A stretch of DNA of 64,000 nt from the human T2T-CHM13v2.0 reference genome, Homo sapiens. A model generated the notes under the pieces. It searched no databases. It worked only from the letters and a program-made list of their open reading frames with translations, and was not told the origin of the DNA. The DNA lies in assembly GCF_009914755.1 (NCBI RefSeq), contig NC_060935.1; one strand, given 5' to 3'. The first letter of the stretch is position 1. Every line of letters starts with the position of its first letter. Shown piece by piece: positions 41,801 through 55,800 of the stretch. The position numbers and the translations under genes were made by a program.

Positions 41801-44800
41801 TTCATAGTTCAGCTTTCAAACACTCTTTTTGTAGAATCTGCAAGTGGATATTTGGACCACTTTGTGGCCTTCCTTCGAAACGGGTATATCTTCACATCAA
41901 ACCTAGACAGAAGCATTCTCAGAATGTTTCCTGTGATGACTGCATTAAATTCACAGAGGTGAACAATCCTGCTGATGGAGCAGTTTTGAAACTCTCTTTC
42001 TTTGGATTCTGCAAGTGGATATGTGGACCTCTGTGAAGATTTCGTTGGAAAAGGGTTTATCTTCACAGAAAAACTAAACAGAAGCATTCTCAGAAACTGC
42101 TTTGTGGTGTTTGTGTTCCACTTCAAGAATTGAACTTTCCTCTTGACAGAGCAGCTCTGAAACCCTCTTTTTCTAGAATCTACAAGTGGACATTTGGAGG
42201 GCTTTGAGGCCTGTGGTGGAAAAGGAAAATCTTCACATAAAAACTAGATGGAAGCATTCTCAGAAACTACTTTGTGATGATTGCATTCGACTCACAGAGT
42301 TGAACATTCCTATAGATAGAGCAGGTTGTAAACAATCTTTTTGTAGAATCTGCGATTGGAGATTTGGACTGCTTTGAGGCCTACTGTAGTAAAGGAAATA
42401 ACTTCATCTAAAAACCAAACGGAAGCATTCACAGACAATTCTTAGTGATCATTGGATTGAACTAACAGAGCTGAACATTCCTTTAGATGGAGCAGTTTCC
42501 AAACACACTTTCTGTAGAATCTGCAAGTGGATATTTTGACCTCTCTGAGGATTTCGTTGGAAAAGGGATAAACTTCCCAGAACTACACGGAAGCATTCTG
42601 CGAAACTTCTTTGTGATGTTTGCATTCAACTCACAGAGTTGAACCTTGCTTTCATAGTTCAGCTTTCAAACACTCTTATTGTAGGATCTGCAAGTGGATA
42701 TTTGGACCACTTTGTGGCCTTCCTTCGAAACGGGAATATCTTCACATCAAACCTAGACAGAAGCATTCTCAGAATGTTTCCTGTGATGACTGCATTCAAC
42801 TCACAGAGGTGAACAATCCTGCTGATGGACCAGTTTTGAAACTCTCTTTCTTTGGATTCTGCAAGTGGATATGTGGACCTCTCTGAAGATTTCGTTGAAA
42901 ACGGGTTCTTCTTCACAGAAAAACTAAACAGGAGCATTCTCAGAAACTGCTTTGTGATGTTTGTGTTCCACTTCAGGAATTGAACTTTCCTCTTGACAGA
43001 GCAGCTCTGAAACCCTCTTTTTCTAGAATCTGCAAGTGGACATTTGGAGGGCTTTGAGGCCTGTGGTGGAAAAGGAAAATCTTCACATAAAAACTAGATG
43101 GAAGCATTCTCAGAAACTACTTTGTGATGATTGCATTCGACTCACAGAGTTGAACATTCTTATAGATAGAGCAGGTTGTAAACAATCTTTTTGTAGAATC
43201 TGCGATTGGAGATTTGGACTGCTTTGAGGCCTACTGTAGTAAAGGAAATAACTTCATCTAAAAACCAAACGGAAGCATTCACAGACAATTCTTAGTGATC
43301 ATTGGATTGAACTAACAGAGCTGAACATTCCTTTAGATGGCGCAGTTTCCAAACACACTTTCTGTAGAATCTGCAACTGGATATTTGGACCTCTCTGAGG
43401 ATTTCGTTGGAAACGGGATAAACTTCCCAGAACTACACGGAAGTATTCTGAGAAACTTCTTTGTGATGTTTGCATTCAACTCACAGAGTTGAACCTTGCT
43501 TTCATAGTTCAGCTTTAAAACACTCTTTTTGTAGAATCTGCAAGTGGATATTTGGACCACTTTGTGGCCTTCCTTCGAAACGGGTATATCTTCACATCAA
43601 ACCTAGACAGAAGCATTCTCAGAATGTTTCCTGTGATGACTGCATTCAACTCACAGAGGTGAACAATCCTGCTGATGGACCAGTTTTGAAACTCTTTTTC
43701 TTTGGATTCTGCAAGTGGATATGTGGACCTCTGTGAAGATTTCCTTGGAAACGGGTTCATCTTCACAGAAAAACTAAACAGGAGCATTCTCAGAAACTGC
43801 TTTGTGATGTTTGTGTTCCACTTCAGGAATTGAACTTTCCTCTTGAGAGAGCAGCTCTGAAACCCTCTTTTTCTAGAATCTGCATGTGGACATTTGGAGG
43901 GCTTTGAAGCCTGTGGTGGAAAAGGAAAATCTTCACATAAAAACTAGATAGAAGAATTCTCAGAAACTACTTTGTGATGATTGCATTCGACTCACAGAGT
44001 TGAACATTCCTATAGATAGAGCAGGTTGTAAACAATCTTTTTGTAGAATCTGCGATTAGAGATTTGGACTGCTTTGAGGCCTACTGTAGTAAAGGAAATA
44101 ACTTCATCTAAAAACCATACGGAAGCATTCACAGACAATTCTTAGTGATCATTGGATTGAACTAACAGAGCTGAACATTCCTTTAGATGGCGCAGTTTCC
44201 AAACACACTTTCTGTAGACTCTGCAACTGGATATTTGGACCTCTCTGAGGATTTCGTTGGAAACGGGATAAACTTCCCAGAACTACACGGAAGCATTCTG
44301 AGAAACTTCTTTGTGATGTTTGCATTCAACTCACAGAGTTGAACCTTCCTTTCATAGTTCAGCTTTGAAACACTCTTTTTGTAGAATCTGCAAGTGGATA
44401 TTAGGAGCACTTTGTGGCCTTCCTTCGAAACGGGTATATCTTCACATCAAACCTAGACAGAAGCATTCTCAGAATGTTTCCTGTGATGACTGCATTCAAC
44501 TCACAGAGGTGAACAATCCTGCTGATGGAGCAGTTTTGAAACTCTCTTTCTTTGGATTCTGCAAGTGGATATGTGGACCTCTGTGAAGATTTCGTTGGAA
44601 ACGGGTTCATCTTCACAGAAAAACTAAACAGGAGCATTCTCAGAAACTGCTTTGTGATGTTTGTGTTCCACTTCAGGAATTGAACTTTCCTCTTGACAGA
44701 GCAGCTCTGAAACCCTCTTTTTCTAGAATCTGCAAGTGGACATTTGGAGGGCTTTGAGGCCTGTGGTGGAAAAGGAAACTCTTCACATAAAAACTAGATG

Positions 44801-47800
44801 GAAGCATTCTCAGAAACTACTTTGTGATGATTGCATTCGACTCACAGAGTTGATCATTCCTATAGATAGAGCAGGTTGTAAACAATCTTTTTGTAGAATC
44901 TGCGATTGGAGATTTCGACTGCTTTGAGGCCTACTGTAGTAAAGGAAATAACTTCATCTAAAAACCAAACGGAAGCATTCACAGACAATTCTTAGTGATC
45001 ATTGGATTGAACTAACAGAGCTGAACATTCCTTTAGATGGAGCAGTTTCCAAACACACTTTCTGTAGAATCTGCATGTGGATATTTGGACCTCTCTGAGG
45101 ATTTCGTTGGAAACGGTATAAACTTCCCAGAATTACACGGAAGTATTCTGAGAAACATCTTTGTGATGTTTGCATTCAACTCACAGAGTTGAACCTTGCT
45201 TTCATAGTTCAGCTTTCAAACACTCTTTTTGTAGAATCTGCAAGTGGATATTTGGACCACTTTGTGGCCTTCCTTCGAAACGGGTATATCTTCACATCAA
45301 ACCTAGACAGAAGCATTCTCAGAATGTTTCCTGTGATGACTGCATTCAACTCACAGAGGTGAACAATCCTGCTGATGGAGCAGTTTTGAAACTCTCTTTC
45401 TTTGGATTCTGCAAGTGGATATATGGACCTCTGTGAAGATTTCGTTGGAAACGGGTTTATCTTCACAGAAAAACTAAACAGAAGCATTCTCAGAAACTGC
45501 TTTGTGATGTTTGTGTTCCACTTCAAGAATTGAACTTTCCTCTTGACAGAGCAGCTCTGAAACCCTATTTTTCTAGAATCTGCAAGTGGACATTTGGAGG
45601 GCTTGGAGGCCTGTGGTGGAAAAGGAAAATCTTCACATAAAAACTAGATGGAAGCATTCTCAGAAACTACTTTGCGATGATTGCATTCGACTCACTGAGT
45701 TGAACATTCCTATAGATAGAGCAGGTTGTAAACAATCTTTTTGTAGAATCTGCGATTGGAGATTTGGACTGCTTTGAGGCCTACTGTAGTAAAGGAAATA
45801 ACTTCATCTAAAAACCAAACGGAAGCATTCACAGACAATTCTTAGTGATCATTGGATTGAACTAACAGAGCTGAACATTCCTTTAGATGGCGCAGTTTCC
45901 AAACACACTTTCTGTAGAATCTGCCACTGGATATTTGGACCTCTCTGAGGATTTCGTTGGAAACGGTCTAAACTTCCCAGAACTACACGGAAGTATTCTG
46001 AGAAACTTCTTTGTGATGTTTGCATTCAACTCACAGAGTTGAACCTTGCTTTCATAGTTCAGCTTTCAAACACTCTTTTTGTAGAATCTGCAAGTGGATA
46101 TTTGGACCACTTTGTGGCCTTCCTTCGAAACGGGTATATCTTCACATCAAACCTAGACAGAAGCATTCTCAGAATGTTTCCTGTGATGACTGCATTCAAC
46201 TCACAGAGGTGAACAATCCTGCTGATGGAGCAGTTTTGAAACTCTCTTTCTTTGGATTCTGCAAGTGGATATGTGGACCTCTGTGAAGATTTCGTTGGAA
46301 ATGGGTTTATCTTCACAGAAAAACTAAACAGAAGCATTCTCAGAAACTGCTTTGTGATGTTTGTGTTCCACTTCAAGAATTGAACTTTCCTCTTCACAGT
46401 GCAGCTCTGAAACCCTATTTTTCTAGAATCTGCAAGTGGACAATTGGAGGGCTTGGAGGCCTGTGGTGGAAAAGGAAAATCTTCACATAAAAACTAGATG
46501 GAAGCATTCTCAGAAACTACTTTGCGATGATTGCATTCGACTCACAGAGTTGAACATTCCTATAGATAGAGCAGGTTGTAAACAATCTTTTTGTAGAATC
46601 TGCGATTGGAGATTTGGACTGCTTTGAGGCCTACTGTAGTAAAGGAAATAACTTCATCTAAAAACCAAACGGAAGCATTCACAGACAATTCTTAGTGATC
46701 ATTGGATTGAACTAACAGAGCTGAACATTCCTTTAGATGGAGCAGTTTCCAAACACACTTTCTGTAGAATCTGCAAGTGGATATTTTGACCTCTCTGAGG
46801 ATTTCGTTGGAAAAGGGATAAACTTCCCAGAACTACACGGAAGCATTCTGAGAAACTTCTTTGTGATGTTTGCATTCAACTCACAGAGTTGAACCTTGCT
46901 TTCATAGTTCAGCTTTCAAACACTCTTATTGTAGGATCTGCAAGTGGATATTTGGACCACTTTGTGGCCTTCCTTCGAAACGGGTATATCTTCACATCAA
47001 ACCTAGACAGAAGCATTCTCAGAATGTTTCCTGTGATGACTGCATTCAACTCACAGAGGTGAACAATCCTGCTGATGGAGCAGTTTTGAAACTCTCTTTC
47101 TTTGGATTCTGCAAGTGGATATGTGGACCTCTGTGAAGATTTCGTTGAAAACGGGTTCTTCTTCACAGAAAAACTAAACAGGAGCATTCTCAGAAACTGC
47201 TTTGTGATGTTTGTGTTCCACTTCAGGAATTGAACTTTCCTCTTGAGAGAGCAGCTCTGAAACCCTCTTTTTCTAGAATCTGCAAGTGGACATTTGGAGG
47301 GCTTTGAGGCCTGTGGTGGAAAAGGAAAATCTTCACATAAAAACTAGATGGAAGCATTCTCAGAAACTACTTTGTGATGATTGCATTCGACTCACAGAGT
47401 TGAACATTCCTATAGATAGAGCAGGTTGTAAACAATCTTTTTGTAGAATCTGCGATTGGAGATTTGGACTGCTTTGAGGCCTACTGTAGTAAAGGAAATA
47501 ACTTCATCTAAAAACCAAACGGAAGCATTCACAGACAATTCTTAGTGATCATTGGATTGAACTAACAGAGCTGAACATTCCTTTAGATGGCGCAGTTTCC
47601 AAACACAGTTTCTGTAGAATCTGCAACTGGATATTTGGACCTCTCTGAGGATTTCGTTGGAAACGGGATAAACTTCCCAGAACTACACGGAAGTATTCTG
47701 AGAAACTTCTTTGTGATGTTTGCATTCAACTCACAGAGTTGAACCTTGCTTTCATAGTTCAGCTTTCAAACACTCTTTTTGTAGAATCTGCAAGTGGATA

Positions 47801-49812
47801 TTTGGACCACTTTGTGGCCTTCCTTCGAAACGGGTATATCTTCACATCAAACCTACACAGAAGCATTCTCAGAATGTTTCCTGTGATGACTGCATTCAAC
47901 TCACAGAGGTGAACAATCCTGCTGATGGAGCAGTTTTGAAACTCTCTTTCTTTGGATTCTGCAAGTGGATATGTGGACCTCTGTGAAGATTTCGTTGGAA
48001 ACGGGTTCATCTTCACAGAAAAACTAAACAGGAGCATTCTCAGAAACTGCTTTGTGATGTTTGTGTTCCACTTCAGGAATTGAACTTTCCTCTTGAGAGA
48101 GCAGCTCTGAAACCCTCTTTTTCTAGAATCTGCATGTGGACATTTGGAGGGCTTTGAAGCCTCTGGTGGAAAAGGAAAATCTTCACATAAAAACTAGATG
48201 GAAGAATTCTCAGAAACTACTTTGTGATGATTGCATTCGACTCACAGAGTTGAACATTCCTATAGATAGAGTAGGTTGTAAACAATCTTTTTGTAAAATC
48301 TGCGATTAGAGATTTGGACTGCTTTGAGGCCTACTGTAGTAAAGGAAATAACTTCATCTAAAAACCAAACGGAAGCATTCACAGACAATTCTTAGTGATC
48401 ATTGGATTGAACTAACAGAGCTGAACATTCCTTTAGATGGCGCAGTTTCCAAACACACTTTCTGTAGACTCTGCAAGTGGATATTTGGACCTCTCTGAGG
48501 ATTTCGTTGGAAACGGGATAAACTTCCCAGAACTACACGGAAGCATTCTGAGAAACTTCTTTGTGATGTTTGCATTCAACTCACAGAGTTGAACCTTGCT
48601 TTCATAGTTCAGCTTTGAAACACTCTTTTTGTAGAATCTGCAAGTGGATATTAGGAGCATTTTGTGGCCTTCCTTCGAAACGGGTATATCTTCACATCAA
48701 ACCTAGACAGAAGCATTCTCAGAATGTTTCCTGTGATGACTGCATTCAACTCACAGAGGTGTACAATCCTGCTGATGGAGCAGTTTTGAAACTCTCTTTC
48801 TTTGGATTCTGCAAGTGGATATGTGGACCTCTGTGAAGATTTCGTTGGAAACGGGTTCATCTTCACAGAAAAACTAAACAGGAGCATTCTCAGAAACTGC
48901 TTTGTGATGTTTGTGTTCCACTTCAGGAATTGAACTTTTCTCTTGACAGAGCAGCTCTGAAACCCTCTTTTTCTAGAATCTGCAAGTGGACATTTGGAGG
49001 GCTTTGAGGCCTGTGGTGGAAAAGGAAACTCTTCACATAAAAACTAGATGGAAGCATTCTCAGAAACTACTTTGTGATGATTGCATTCGACTCACAGAGT
49101 CGAACATTCCTATAGATAGAGCAGGTTGTAAACAATCTTTTTGTAGAATCTGCGATTGGAGATTTGGACTGCTTTGAGGCGTACTGTAGTAAAGGAAATA
49201 ACTTCATCTAAAAACCAAACGGAAGCATTCACAGACAATTCTTAGTGATCATTGGATTGAACTAACAGAGCTGAACATTCCTTTAGATGGCGCAGTTTCC
49301 AAACACACTTTCTGTAGAATCTGCAAGTGGATATTTGGACCTCTCTGAGGATTTCGTTGGAAACGGGATAAACTTCCCAGAACTACACGGAAGTATTCTG
49401 AGAAACTTCTTTGTGATGTTTGCATTCAACTCACAGAGTTGAACCTTGCTTTCATAGTTCAGCTTTCAAACACTCTTTTTGTAGAATCTGCAAGTGGATA
49501 TTTGGACCACTTTGTGGCCTTCCTTCGAAACGGGTATATCTTCACATCAAACCTAGACAGAAGCATTCTCAGAATGTTTCCTGTGATGACTGCATTCAAC
49601 TCACAGAGGTGAACAATCCTGCTGATGGAGCAGTTTTGAAACTCTCTTTCTTTGGATTCTGCAAGTGGATATGTGGACCTCTGTGAAGATTTCGTTGGAA
49701 ACGGGTTCATCTTCACAGAAAAACAAAACAGGAGCATTCTCAGAAACTGCTTTGTGATGTTTGTGTTCCACTTCAGGAATTGAACTTTCCTCTTGAGAGA
49801 GCAGCTCTGAAT

Positions 49813-52800
49813 CCCTCTTTTTCTAGAATCTGCAAGTGGACATTTGGAGGGCTTTGAGGCCTGTGGTGGAAAAGGAAACTCTTCACATAAAAACTAGATG
49901 GAAGCATTCTCAGAAACTACTTTGTGATGATTGCATTCGACTCACAGAGGTGAACATTCCTATAGATAGAGCAGGTTGTAAACAATCTTTTTGTAGAATC
50001 TGCGATTGGAGATTTGGACTGCTTTGAGGCCTACTGTAGTAAAGGAAATAACTTCATCTAAAAATCAAACGGAAGCATTCACAGACAATTCTTAGTGATC
50101 ATTGGATTGAACTAACAGAGCTGAACATTCCTTTAGATGGCGCAGTTTCCAAACACACTTTCTGTAGAATCTGCAAGTGGATATTTGGACCTCTCTGAGG
50201 ATTTCGTTGGAAACGGTCTAAACTTCCCAGAACTACACGGAAGTATTCTGAGAAACTTCTTTGTGATGTTTGCATTCAACTCACAGGGTTGAACCTTGCT
50301 TTCATATTTCAGCTTTCAAACACTCTTTTTGTAGAATCTGCAAGTGGATATTTGGACCACTTTGTGGCCTTCCTTCGAAACGGGTATATCTTCACATCAA
50401 ACCTAGACAGAAGCATTCTCAGAATGTTTCCTGTGATGACTGCATTCAACTCACAGAGGTGAACAATCCCGCTGATGGAGCAGTTTTGAAACTCTCTTTC
50501 TTTGGATTCTGCAAGTGGATATGTGGACCTCTGTGAAGATGTCGTTGGAAACGGGTTTATCTTCACAGAAAAACTAAACAGAAGCATTCTCTGAAACTGC
50601 TTTGTGATGTTTGTGTTCCACTTCAAGAATTGAACTTTCCTCTTGACAGAGCAGATCTGAAACCCTCTTTTTCTAGAATCTGCAAGTGGACATTTGGAGG
50701 GCTTTTAGGCCTGTGGTGGAAAAGGAAAATCTTCACATAAAAACTAGATGGAAGCATTCTCAGAAACTACTTTGCGATGATTGCATTCGACTCACAGAGT
50801 TGAACATTCCTATAGATAGAGCAGGTTGTAAACAATCTTTTTGTAGAATCTGCGATTGGAGATTTGGACTGCTTTGAGGCCTACTGTAGTAAAGGAAATA
50901 ACTTCATCTAAAAACCAAACGGAAGCATTCACAGAAAATTCTTAGTGATCATTGGATTGAACTAACAGAGCTGAACATTCCTTTAGATGGAGCAGTTTCC
51001 AAACACACTTTCTGTAGAATCTGCAAGTGGATATTTGGACCTCTCTGAGGATTTCGTTGGAAAAGGGATAAACTTCCCAGAACTACACGGAAGCATTCTG
51101 AGAAAATTCTTTGTGATGTTTGCATTCAACTCACAGAGTTGAACCTTGCTTTTATAGTTCAGCTTTCAAACACTCTTTTTGTAGGATCTGCAAGTGGATA
51201 TTTCGACCACATTGTGGCCTTCCTTCGAAACGGGTATATCTTCACATCAAACCTAGACAGAAGCATTCTCAGAATGTTTCCTGTGATGACTGCATTCAAC
51301 TCACAGAGGTGAACAATCCTGCTGATGGAGCAGTTTTGAAACTCTCTTTCTTTGGATTCTGCAAGTGGATATGTGGACCTCTGTGAAGATTTCCTTGGAA
51401 ACGGGTTCATCTTCACAGAAAAACTAAACAGGATCATTCTCAGAAACTGCTTTGTGATGTTTGTGTTCCACTTCAGGAATTGAACTTTCCTCTTGAGAGA
51501 GCAGCTCTGAAACCCTCTTTTTCTGGAATCTGCAAGTGGACATTTGGAGGGCTTTGAGGCCTGTGGTGGAAAAGGAAACTCTTCACATAAAAACTAGATG
51601 GAAGCATTCTCAGAAACTACTTTGTGATGATTGCATTCGACTCACAGAGTTGAACATTGCTATAGATAGAGCAGGTTGTAAACAATCTTTTTGTAAAATC
51701 TGCGATTGGAGATTTGGACTGCTTTGAGGCCTACTGTAGTAAAGGAAATAACTTCATCTAAAAACCAAACGGAAGCATTCACAGACAATTCTTAGTGATC
51801 ATTGGATTGAACTAACAGAGCTAAACATTCCTTTAGATGGCGCAGTTTCCAAACACACTTTCTGTAGAATCTGCAACTGGATATTTGGACCTCTCTGAGG
51901 ATTTCTTTGGAAACGGGATAAACTTCCCAGAACTACACGGAAGTATTCTGAGAAACTTCTTTGTGATGTTTGCATTCAACTCACAGAGTTGAACCTTGCT
52001 TTCATAGTTCAGCTTTCAAACACTCTTTTTGTAGAATCTGCAAGTGGATATTTGGACCACTTTGTGGCCTTCCTTCGAAACGGGTATATCTTCACATCAA
52101 ACCTAGACAGAAGCATTCTCAGAATGTTTCCTGTGATGACTGCATTCAACTCACAGAGGTGAACAATCCTGCTGATGGACCAGTTTTGAAACTCTCTTTC
52201 TTTGAATTCTGCAAGTGGATATGTGGACCTCTGTGAAGATTTCGTTGGAAATGGGTTCATCTTCACAGAAAAACTAAGCAGGAGCATTCTCAGAAACTGC
52301 TTTGTGATGTTTGTGTTCCACTTCAGGAATTGAACTTTCCTCTTGACAGAGCAGCTCTGAAACCCTCTTTTTCTAGAATCTGCAAGTGGACATTTGGAGG
52401 GCTTTGAGGCCTGTGGTGGAAAAGGAAACTCTTCACATAAAAACTAGATGGAAGCATTCTCAGAAACTACTTTGTGATGATTGCATTCGACTCACAGAGT
52501 TGAACATTCCTATAGATAGAGCAGGTTGTAAACAATCTTTTTGTAGAATCTGCGATTGGAGATTTGGACTGCTTTGAGGCCTACTGTAATAAAGGAAATA
52601 ACTTCATCTAAAAACCAAACGGAAGCATTCACAGACAATTCTTAGTGATCATTGGATTGAACTAACAGAGCTGAACATTCCTTTAGATGGCGCAGTTTCC
52701 AAACACACTTTCTGTAGAATCTGCCACTGGATATTTGGACCTCTCTGAGGATTTCGTTGGAAACGGGCTAAACTTCCCAGAACTACACGGAAGCATTCTG

Positions 52801-55800
52801 AGAAACTTCTTTGTGATGTTTGCATTCAACTCACAGAGTGGAAACTTGCTTTCATAGTTCAGCTTTCAAACACTCTTTTTGTAGAATCTGCAAGTGGACA
52901 TTTGGACCACTTTGTGGCCTTCCTTCGAAACGGGTATATCTTCACATCAAACCTAGACAGAAGCATTCTCAGAATGTTTTCTGTGATGACTGCATTCAAC
53001 TCACAGAGGTGAACAATCCTGCTGATGGACCAGTTTTGAAACTCTCTTTCTTTGTATTCTGCAAGTGGATATGTGGACCTCTGTGAACATTTCGTTGGAA
53101 ACGGGTTCATCTTCACAGAAAAAAAAAGCAGGAGCATTCTCAGAAACTGCTTTGTGATGTTTGTGTTCCACTTCAGGAATTGAACTTTCCTCTTGACAGA
53201 GCAGCTCTGAAACCCTCTTTTTCTAGAATCTGCAAGTGGACATTTGGAGGGCTTTGAGGCCTGTGGTTGAAAAGGAAAATCTTCACATAAAAACTAGATG
53301 GATGCATTCTCAGAAACTACTTTGTGATGATTGCATTCGACTCACAGAGTTGAACATTCCTATAGATAGAGCAGGTTGTAAACAATCTTTTTGTAGAATC
53401 TGCGATTGGAGATTTGGACTGCTTTGAGGCCTAATGTAGCAAAGGAAATAACTTCATCTAAAAACCAAACGGAAGCATTCACAGACAATTCTTAGTGATC
53501 ATTGGATTGAACTAACAGAGCTGAACATTCCTTTAGATGGAGCAGTTTCCAAACACACTTTCTGTAGAATCTGCAAGTGGATATTTGGACCTCTCTGAGG
53601 ATTTCGTTGGAAAAGGGATAAACTTCCCAGAACTACATGGAAGCATTCTGAGAAACTTCTTTGTGATGTTTGCATTCAACTCACAGAGTTGAAACTTGCT
53701 TTCATGGTTCAGCTTTCAAACACTCTTTTTGTAGAATCTGCAAGTGGATATTTGGACCACTTTGTGGCCTTCCTTCGAAACGGGTATATCTTCACATCAA
53801 ACCTTGACAGAAGCATTCTCAGAATGTTTCCTGTGATGACTGCATTCAACTCACAGAGGTGAACAATCCTGCTGATGGAGCAGTTTTGAAACTCTCTTTC
53901 TTTGGATTCTGCAAGTGGATATGTGGACCTCTGTGAAGATTTCGTTGGAAACGGGTTCATCTTCACAGAAAAACTAAACAGGAGCATTCTCAGAAACTGC
54001 TTTGTGATGTTTGTGTTCCACTTCAGGAATTGAACTTTCCTCTTGACAGAGCAGCTCTGAAACCCTCTTTTTCTAGAATCTGCATGTGGACATTTGGAGG
54101 GCTTTGAGGCCTGTGGTGGAAAAGGAAAATCTTCAATAAAAACTAGATGGAATCATTCTCAGAAACTAATTTGTGATGATTGCATTCGACTCACAGAGGT
54201 GAACATTCCTATAGATAGAGCAGGTTGTAAACAATCTTTTTGTAGAATCTGCGATTGGAGATTTGGACTGCTTTGAGGCCTACTGTAGTAAAGGAAATAA
54301 CTTCATCTAAAAACCAAACGGAAGCATTCACAGACAATTCTTAGTGATCATTGGATTGAACTAACAGAGCTGAACATTCCTTTAGATGGCGCAGTTTCCA
54401 AACACACTTTCTGTAGAATCTGCAAGTGGATATTTGGACCTCTCTGAGGATTTCGTTGGAAACGGGATAAACTTCCCAGAACTACACGGAAGCATTCTGA
54501 GAAACTTCTTTGTGATGTTTGCATTCAACTCACAGAGTTGAAACTTGCTTTCATAGTTCAGCTTTGAAACACTCTTTTTGTAGAATCTGCAAGTGGATAT
54601 TTGGACCACTTTGTGGCCTTCCTTCGAAACGGGTATATCTTCACATCAAACCTAGACAGAAGCATTCTCAGAATGTTTCCTGTGATGACTGCATTCAACT
54701 CACAGAGGTGAACAATCCTGCTGATGGACCAGTTTTGAAACTCTCTTTCTTTGGATTCTGCAAGTGGATATGTGGAGCTCTGTGAAGATTTCGTTGGAAA
54801 CGGGTTCATCTTCACAGAAAAACTAAACAGGAGCATTCTCAGAAACTGCTTTGTGATGTTTGTGTTCCACTTCAGGAATTGAACTTTCCTCTTGACAGAG
54901 CAGCTCTGAAACCCTCTTTTTCTAGAATCTGCAAGTGGACATTTGGAGGGCTTTGAGGCCTGTGGTGGAAAAGGAAAATCTTCACATAAAAACTAGATGG
55001 AATCATTCTCAGAAACTACTTTGTGATGATTGCATTCGACTCACAGAGGTGAACATTCCTATAGATAGAGCAGGTTGTAAACAATCTTTTGTAGAATCTG
55101 CGATTGGAGATTTGGACTGCTTTGAGGCCTACTGTAGTCAAGGAAATAACTTCATCTAAAAACCAAACGGAAGCATTCACAGACAATTCTTAGTGATCAT
55201 TGGATTGAACTAACAGAGCTGAACATTCCTTTAGATGGCGCAGTTTCCAAACACACTTTCTGTAGAATCTGCCACTGGATATTTGGACCTCTCTGAGGAT
55301 TTCGTTGGAAACGGGATAAACTTCCCAGAACTACACGGAAGCATTCTGAGAAACTTCTTTGTGATGTTTGCATTCAACTCACAGAGTTGAAACTTGCTTT
55401 CATAGTTCAGCTTTGAAACACTCTTTTTGTAGAATCTGCAAGTGGATATTAGGACCACATTGTGGCCTTCCTTCGAAACGGGTATATCTTCACATCAAAC
55501 CTAGACAGAAGCATTCTCAGAATGTTTCCTGTGATGACTGCATTCAACTCACAGAGGTGAACAATCCTGCTGATGGAGCAGTTTTGAAACTCTCTATCTT
55601 TGGATTCTGCAAGTGGATATGTGGACCTCTGTGAACATTTCGTTGGAAACGGGTTCATCTTCACAGAAAAACTAAACAGGAGCATTCTCAGAAACTGCTT
55701 TGTGATGTTTGTGTTCCACTTCAAGAATTGAACTTTCCTCTTGACAGAGCAGCTCTGAAACCCTCTTTTTCTAGAATCTGCAAGTGGACATTTGGAGGGC

